From contig NZ_CP069423.1 of the NCBI RefSeq assembly GCF_016888765.1, positions 30,001 to 62,000 of the forward strand: DNA of 32,000 bases, read 5' to 3'. The DNA is from Candidatus Karelsulcia muelleri (lineage in GTDB: Bacteria; Bacteroidota; Bacteroidia; Flavobacteriales; Blattabacteriaceae). The notes beneath the pieces are model-generated. The model saw nothing but the letters and a program-made list of their open reading frames with translations, was not told the origin of the DNA and made no database searches. This document shows, one piece after another, positions 26,850-32,000 of the stretch. Both the position numbers and the translations under genes were made by a program. The first letter of the stretch is position 1; every line of letters begins with the position of its first letter.

Positions 26850-29396
26850 ACTTTGAAAAAAGAATTTTATTTTTTTTAAAATTGTTATTGAAGAAGCTAG
26901 CGTAAGCTGCTTAAGTTTTAAGTTACAAAAGAAATGTTTTATTATTTTATAATTTCTATAAAGCTTAATTGTTTCAAAACTTTTAAGCTTTTCAAATAAA
27001 CTCAATATTTTTTTAGCTCTTTTTATTAGTATATTAGGAATACCGGCAAGTTGAGCCACATTAATTCCGTAGCTATTTTGGCAACCATATGGTAATAATT
27101 TTCTTGTATATATAAGAGTATTATTTATTTTTTTAACTGAAAGACTAAGATTTCTTATTCTCTTGTAATAAGAAATCATATTATTTAATTCATGATAATG
27201 AGTAGCAAATAATACCAATGGTTTTTTAGGGTGATTATGCAAAAATTCTATTATTGCCCAAGCAATAGAAATCCCATCATAAGTACTAGTTCCTCTACCT
27301 ATTTCATCGAGTAAGATGAGACTTCTTTCTGAGATATTATTTAGTATGCTAGCAGTTTCATTCATTTCTCGCATAAAGGTTGATTCTCCAATTGAAATAT
27401 TATCTGATGCTCCTACTCTTATAAAAATTTGTTCTATTATTCCAATTTCAGCATATTTGGCAGGTATATAACTCCCTAATTGAGCCATTAATATTATTAT
27501 AGCTGTTTGACGTAAAATTGCGGATTTTCCAGCCATATTTGGACCAGTTATTATAAATATTTGTTTCTTTTCTCTTGTTAGAAAAATGTCATTTGAAACA
27601 TAAGTCAATTCATTAGAGTTTGAGTTGATTTTAAACTCAATTACAGGGTGTCTACCTCCTTTAATATAAAGATTAAAACTTTTATTAAATTTAGGACATA
27701 TATAATTATATTTTTTAGCGCATCTTACTAGAGAAAGTATTACATCTATTTTGGCTATTAATTTGGAATTATGTTGAGTTTTGTCTATTTCTTCTATTAC
27801 AAAGTTAATTAGATCTGCTAATATCTTCTGTTCTATTTTGCTGAGATTGGCTTTAGCAAGTTTTATTTTTAATTCAGAATTTTTTAATTCTTCTGTTATA
27901 TACCTTTCTACATTAGCTAAAATTTGTTTTCTTTTCCAGTTTTTGGGAATTTTTATCTTTCTCTTAAAGGTTTTTTTAAGCTCTATATAATATCCAAAAA
28001 TATTATTATAGTTTATTTTGAGATTTTTTATTCCTGTGTCTTTTCTTTCTCTTTCACAAATTTTTAAAATTGTGTTTTCACTATTAGTAACTACGTTTCT
28101 TAATTTATCTAATTCTTTGGAAATTCCAGGTTTTATCACCTTTCCTTTCTTTAGATTCTTTGGAGCGTCTGCAAATAATACTTTTTCAAGTACTCGGTAT
28201 ATTTTATTACAATTTAGAATTTTCTTAGCAAGTTGTTTAAAACTTTTACTCTTTGAATCTAAAAGAATACCTTTTATATCTATTATATTTTTTAAGGTTT
28301 TTTTTAAGATTAATAAATCATATGGAGTAGCTTTTAAGTTAACTATTTTGGCTATTAATCTTTCTAAATCAGCAATTTGTTTTAGTTTTTTTATTATTGG
28401 TTTTACTATTTTCTTGTTTTTTAAAAATTCAGATAATATTTTTTGTCTAGATTTAATCTTTTTTATATTTTTAAGTGGAAATCTTAACCATTTATTTATT
28501 AATCTACTCCCCATTGGGGTATAGGTAAAATCTAAAATTTTTAAGAGTGTTACTGCATCTTCATTTTTAGAAGTAAGGATTTCTAAATTTTCGAAAGAAA
28601 AATTCTCTATGTTAAGATATTTTTCTAAATCAATTCTTTTAATCGAAGTAATATGGTTAATTTTGTAATTACATATATTACATACATATGCCAAAATGGC
28701 ACCTGCTGAAGTAATACCCAAAAACAGCTTGTGAATATTAAATCCCTTTAATGAGTTAGTTTGGAAATGTTGAATTAAATTTTTGTAAGCATAATTAAAA
28801 GAAAAAAAACAATCTTCTAAGCTCTGTAACTGGATCTTATTGTTTAATATATATTTTATATAGTTTTTTTTCTGTTTGGGGTAAATTATCTCCTTAGGTA
28901 AGAATTTGTTAATCATTTGATTAATGTAATTTTGGTCGCCTTCTCCAACTAAAAATTCTCCAGTTGAAATATCTAAAAAAGATATTCCAAGTTTTTGGGA
29001 ATTTTTTTGATAGTATATAGCACATAAAAAATTATTTTTTTTAGCATCTAAAACTTCACTATTAGTTACTACTCCTGGTGTAATAATTTCTGTTACTCCT
29101 CTTTTTAAAATTACTTTATTTTCTGTTTTTTCTAGTTCATCACAAATAGCTATTTTAAAACCTGCTTTTATTAATTTTGGTAAATAATTATTTATAGAAT
29201 GGTGAGGAAAACCTGCTAATTCGATATCAGATTTTTTATGACGTTTAGTTAAAACTATATTTAATACTTTAGAACACTTTCTAGCATCTTTTCCAAAGAT
29301 TTCATAAAAATCTCCAACTTTAAATAAGACAATACTATTAGGGAATTTATTTTTTATTTCATTATATTGTTTCATTAAAGGAGTAATGGCTTTCAA
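26835..29396 (-). CDS. mutS: DNA mismatch repair protein MutS
   Basis: LFKVGDFYEIFGKDA, FIITGPNMAGKSAILRQ, SLILLDEIGRGTSTYDGISIAWAI, FATHYHEL. Confidence 0.97.
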   Translation of the reverse strand: MKAITPLMKQYNEIKNKFPNSIVLFKVGDFYEIFGKDARKCSKVLNIVLTKRHKKSDIELAGFPHHSINNYLPKLIKAGFKIAICDELEKTENKVILKRGVTEIITPGVVTNSEVLDAKKNNFLCAIYYQKNSQKLGISFLDISTGEFLVGEGDQNYINQMINKFLPKEIIYPKQKKNYIKYILNNKIQLQSLEDCFFSFNYAYKNLIQHFQTNSLKGFNIHKLFLGITSAGAILAYVCNICNYKINHITSIKRIDLEKYLNIENFSFENLEILTSKNEDAVTLLKILDFTYTPMGSRLINKWLRFPLKNIKKIKSRQKILSEFLKNKKIVKPIIKKLKQIADLERLIAKIVNLKATPYDLLILKKTLKNIIDIKGILLDSKSKSFKQLAKKILNCNKIYRVLEKVLFADAPKNLKKGKVIKPGISKELDKLRNVVTNSENTILKICERERKDTGIKNLKINYNNIFGYYIELKKTFKRKIKIPKNWKRKQILANVERYITEELKNSELKIKLAKANLSKIEQKILADLINFVIEEIDKTQHNSKLIAKIDVILSLVRCAKKYNYICPKFNKSFNLYIKGGRHPVIEFKINSNSNELTYVSNDIFLTREKKQIFIITGPNMAGKSAILRQTAIIILMAQLGSYIPAKYAEIGIIEQIFIRVGASDNISIGESTFMREMNETASILNNISERSLILLDEIGRGTSTYDGISIAWAIIEFLHNHPKKPLVLFATHYHELNNMISYYKRIRNLSLSVKKINNTLIYTRKLLPYGCQNSYGINVAQLAGIPNILIKRAKKILSLFEKLKSFETIKLYRNYKIIKHFFCNLKLKQLTLASSITILKKIKFFFQSARIA

Positions 29397-29407
29397 TTTT
29401 ATTGTTT

Positions 29408-30622
29408 TTATAAAATTATTTTATTTATTACTTTTTTAGTAATTTTAATTTGTTTATGTTTTAAACCTTCTAAATAAAAGGTATATTTATTAAATATCTT
29501 TTCACATATATAATATAAGCCTCTAGCCCCAAGATTTAATTTAATTGCCTTTTTAATTATTGAATTAATAGCATTTTTCGTAAAAATAAAATCCAGCTTA
29601 TCAAATTTAAACATATTTTTATATTGTTTTAATATAGAATTTTTAGGTGAAAATAAAATTTGTTTATATTCTGTCTTAGTCAAATTATGTAAATGACATA
29701 TTATAGGGAATCTCCCTATTAATTCTGGAATAAAACCAAAATTAATTAAATCTTCTGATTTTAAATTATTAAATATATCTTGTTTTTTAGTTTGTCTTTT
29801 ATTTTTAAATCCAATTTGAGAAAAATTTAATCTGTTATAGATTATTTGTTCTAAGCCTGCAAATGTCCCACCAGATATAAAAAGTATATTTTTGGTATTT
29901 ATAGATACTATCTGTTTTTCAGGATGTTTTCGACCAATTTGTGTTGAAATGTTAACATGTGAACCTTCTAAAATTTTAAGTAAAGCTTGTTGAACTCCTT
30001 CACCTGAAACATCTCTTGTAATTGAAGGATTATTAAGGTTTTTTTTAGAAATTTTATCTATTTCATCTAGAAAAATTATACCTTTTTCAGCTAAATTTAA
30101 ATCATAATTAGCTTTTTGCAATAATATAGCTAATATACTTTCTACATCATCTCCAACATATCCGGCTTCAGTCAATGAAGTAGCATCAACTATTGCTAAA
30201 GGCAGATTTAAAAATCTAGAAAGGCTTTTAGCAAAAAGAGTTTTTCCTGTACCTGTATTTCCTATTATTAATATATTAGATTTATTAATTTCTATTTTAT
30301 TTTCATGTAAAATAAGCCTTTTGTAATGATTATAAATGCTGACAGCAATTATTTTTTTAGCTGCCTCTTGGCCAACAATATATTTATCTAAGTAATATTT
30401 AATATTATTGGGTTTAAAACATAATTTGGTGTATTTACTTTCTTTCTTAAAATAATTAAAATTGAAATATATTTTATATATAAAAAATATTTTTATTAAA
30501 CAATTAATACATACATAGTCTCTATCAGCCTGTAAGATTTTAATTATTTTATTTTTATAGCTCTGACAAACTGAACATCTTAAAGATGTATTAAGTTTGA
30601 TCTTAAACTTATAATGTTTCAT
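29408..30622 (-). CDS. clpX: ClpXP protease ATPase subunit ClpX
   Basis: N-terminal zinc finger CSVC...CINC, YIVGQEAAKKIIAVSIYNHYKR, ILIIGNTGTGKTLFAKSLS, GIIFLDEIDKI, GLIPELIGRFP-type FGFIPELIGRFPI. Confidence 0.97.
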   Translation of the reverse strand: MKHYKFKIKLNTSLRCSVCQSYKNKIIKILQADRDYVCINCLIKIFFIYKIYFNFNYFKKESKYTKLCFKPNNIKYYLDKYIVGQEAAKKIIAVSIYNHYKRLILHENKIEINKSNILIIGNTGTGKTLFAKSLSRFLNLPLAIVDATSLTEAGYVGDDVESILAILLQKANYDLNLAEKGIIFLDEIDKISKKNLNNPSITRDVSGEGVQQALLKILEGSHVNISTQIGRKHPEKQIVSINTKNILFISGGTFAGLEQIIYNRLNFSQIGFKNKRQTKKQDIFNNLKSEDLINFGFIPELIGRFPIICHLHNLTKTEYKQILFSPKNSILKQYKNMFKFDKLDFIFTKNAINSIIKKAIKLNLGARGLYYICEKIFNKYTFYLEGLKHKQIKITKKVINKIIL

Positions 30623-30643
30623 AGTTTAATATTATATTAAGGT

Positions 30644-31294
30644 TTACAAGATTTCATCAATCATTCCATACTTTTTAGAGTCTTTGGAATTCATCCAATA
30701 GTCCCTATCTGAATCTTTTTCTATTTTTTTTAAGTTTTGTCCAGTATGTTTGCTTAGTATTTCATATAATTCTTTTTTTAGTTTTAAAATTTCTCGTGTA
30801 GAGATTTCTATATCAGATAATTGTCCTTTTACAGAACCAATAGGTTGATGAATCATTACTCTCGAGTGTTTTAAAATATAACGTTTCCCTTTACACCCTG
30901 CACAAAGTAATATTGCAGCCATTGAAGCCGCAATGCCAGTACAAATAGTCGAAACTTTAGGTTTTATAATCTGCATAGTATCATATATACCTAATCCTGA
31001 GGATATATTCCCTCCAGGAGAGTTAATATAAATCTGTATATCCTTTTTGGGATCTATAGATTCTAAAAATAAAAGCTGTGCTTGAATTATACTAGCAATT
31101 TGATCAACTATTGGTGTCCCTAAAAAAATAATTCTATCCATCAGCAGACGTGAAAACACATCAATTTGAGAAAAATTTAATTTTCTTTCTTCTATAATAT
31201 AAGGTGTCATTGAATTGAAATAAGAAATTATTGTCTTTTTAGTTATATTTTTTTTTTTAATTGCATAATTTTTAAATTCTTTAAACGAATTCAT
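30644..31294 (-). CDS. clpP: ATP-dependent Clp protease proteolytic subunit
   Basis: IYINSPGGNISSGLGIYDTMQ, GIAASMAAILLCAG (Ser), MIHQPIG (His), DSDRDYWM (Asp). Confidence 0.97.
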   Translation of the reverse strand: MNSFKEFKNYAIKKKNITKKTIISYFNSMTPYIIEERKLNFSQIDVFSRLLMDRIIFLGTPIVDQIASIIQAQLLFLESIDPKKDIQIYINSPGGNISSGLGIYDTMQIIKPKVSTICTGIAASMAAILLCAGCKGKRYILKHSRVMIHQPIGSVKGQLSDIEISTREILKLKKELYEILSKHTGQNLKKIEKDSDRDYWMNSKDSKKYGMIDEIL

Positions 31295-31322
31295 TTTCGC
31301 ATTGTTTTTACGTATAATTTAA

Positions 31323-32000
31323 TCAAATTTCTAGTAATTTTATTAAAGTGATTTCGAGCGTCAAGCGATTATTATAACTTTTTGGAAGAAATATTTCAGT
31401 TTTTTCACATATTTTTATAGCTTTAATTAAAAAGTTGGTATTAACTTTTTTGGCTTGTGCTAATAATTTTCTCTTTAAATTATCCGAATAATAATTGTTA
31501 TTAAATAATGTCATTGTATCAGGAGATTTAGTAATTAATAAATTTCTAAAGTGATAAGCCAGCTGATTACTCAATAAATTTATATTTATACCTTTTTTAA
31601 TTACTTTATCAAAGTAAAGTAAAGTTTTAAATAGATTTTTGTCTAGGATTAAATCCGTGAATTTTAAGCAGTATTGAATATCTAATATCCCTAATTGCTT
31701 AGCTACAATTTTACGTAATAGTTTGTTATTAGAGTAAAGCTTTAATCTATCAAAAGCAGATAAAGCATCTCTTAAGGAACCTTCAGCATTTTCGGCAATT
31801 AATAATAAGGCATCCTTTTCATATTCTACGTTTTCCAAAATACAAATTTTAATTAAATATTTAATTAAATTTTTAATACTAATAGGTTTGAACTCATAGA
31901 TTTGACAACGTGATAATACAGTAGGTAAGATTTTATTTTTTTTTGTAGTTGCTAAAATAAAAATAACATGTGTAGGCGGTTCTTCTAAAACTTTTAAAAA
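31323..32000 (-). CDS. dnaX: DNA polymerase III subunit gamma/tau, partial (continues past the right edge; the ORF-track TTG start at 31838 is artificial)
   Basis: Frame is open to the window edge, reading ...FLKVLEEPPTHVIFILATTKKNKILPTVLSRCQIYEF...ALLLIAENAEGSLRDALSAFDRL. Confidence 0.95.
   Translation of the reverse strand, partial: FLKVLEEPPTHVIFILATTKKNKILPTVLSRCQIYEFKPISIKNLIKYLIKICILENVEYEKDALLLIAENAEGSLRDALSAFDRLKLYSNNKLLRKIVAKQLGILDIQYCLKFTDLILDKNLFKTLLYFDKVIKKGININLLSNQLAYHFRNLLITKSPDTMTLFNNNYYSDNLKRKLLAQAKKVNTNFLIKAIKICEKTEIFLPKSYNNRLTLEITLIKLLEI

Noticed and set aside
26705-26905. 66-aa ORF (MNPHSCLLQDFKSCVYTISPSRLL...)
   Set aside because: Translation of the antisense of tRNA-Leu and tRNA-Gly; not a protein gene.
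27781-27990. 69-aa plus-strand ORF
   Set aside because: Antisense to mutS.
28018-28524. 168-aa plus-strand ORF antisense to mutS
   Set aside because: Lies entirely within well-supported mutS; Phe/Ile/Leu/Ser-rich composition typical of the antisense of Lys/Glu/Asn-rich coding sequence.
1-32000. Mobile elements, prophage, CRISPR, restriction-modification or toxin-antitoxin systems
   Set aside because: None seen; no transposase, integrase, spaced repeat array or defence domain, and nearly all sequence is accounted for by housekeeping genes and tRNAs.

Overview
This 32 kb window is very AT-rich and packed with housekeeping genes. It looks like part of a reduced Flavobacteriia/Bacteroidota genome of the insect-endosymbiont type; the genus cannot be fixed from sequence alone. 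I can support about 27 protein genes, two of them cut by the window edges. They cover translation (glyS, proS, rplS, rplT, rpmI, infC, rplM, rpsI, rpsB, tsf, def), tRNA modification (mtaB-like, tilS, mnmE, mnmA), iron-sulfur cluster/ferredoxin (cysteine desulfurase, 2x4Fe-4S ferredoxin), replication and repair (dnaE, dnaB, dnaX, mutS), chaperones and proteolysis (htpG, grpE, dnaJ, dnaK, clpX, clpP) and ilvE. There are 9 tRNA genes (Ser-GCT, Pro-TGG, Arg-TCT, Ser-TGA, Lys-TTT, Asp-GTC, Val-TAC, Leu-TAA, Gly-GCC), none with an encoded CCA. I found no phage, transposon, CRISPR, restriction-modification or toxin system, and no obvious novel multi-gene system. The observations most worth a second look are: (1) a 277-aa ORF that looks like an M42 aminopeptidase in which all the expected metal-ligand positions are replaced; (2) a DnaE N-terminal DnaQ-like proofreading domain that keeps its length but has lost most catalytic residues; (3) protein genes whose ends run into tRNA genes, including a mutS stop codon inside tRNA-Gly on the same strand; (4) a 13-copy TAATA array in the dnaK/rplM divergent spacer that carries a TATAAT hexamer in every unit; (5) in-frame or gene-edge short duplications (def, the rplS/ferredoxin junction); and (6) C-terminal truncations (dnaX, def, tilS) and convergent overlaps (ilvE/mnmA).
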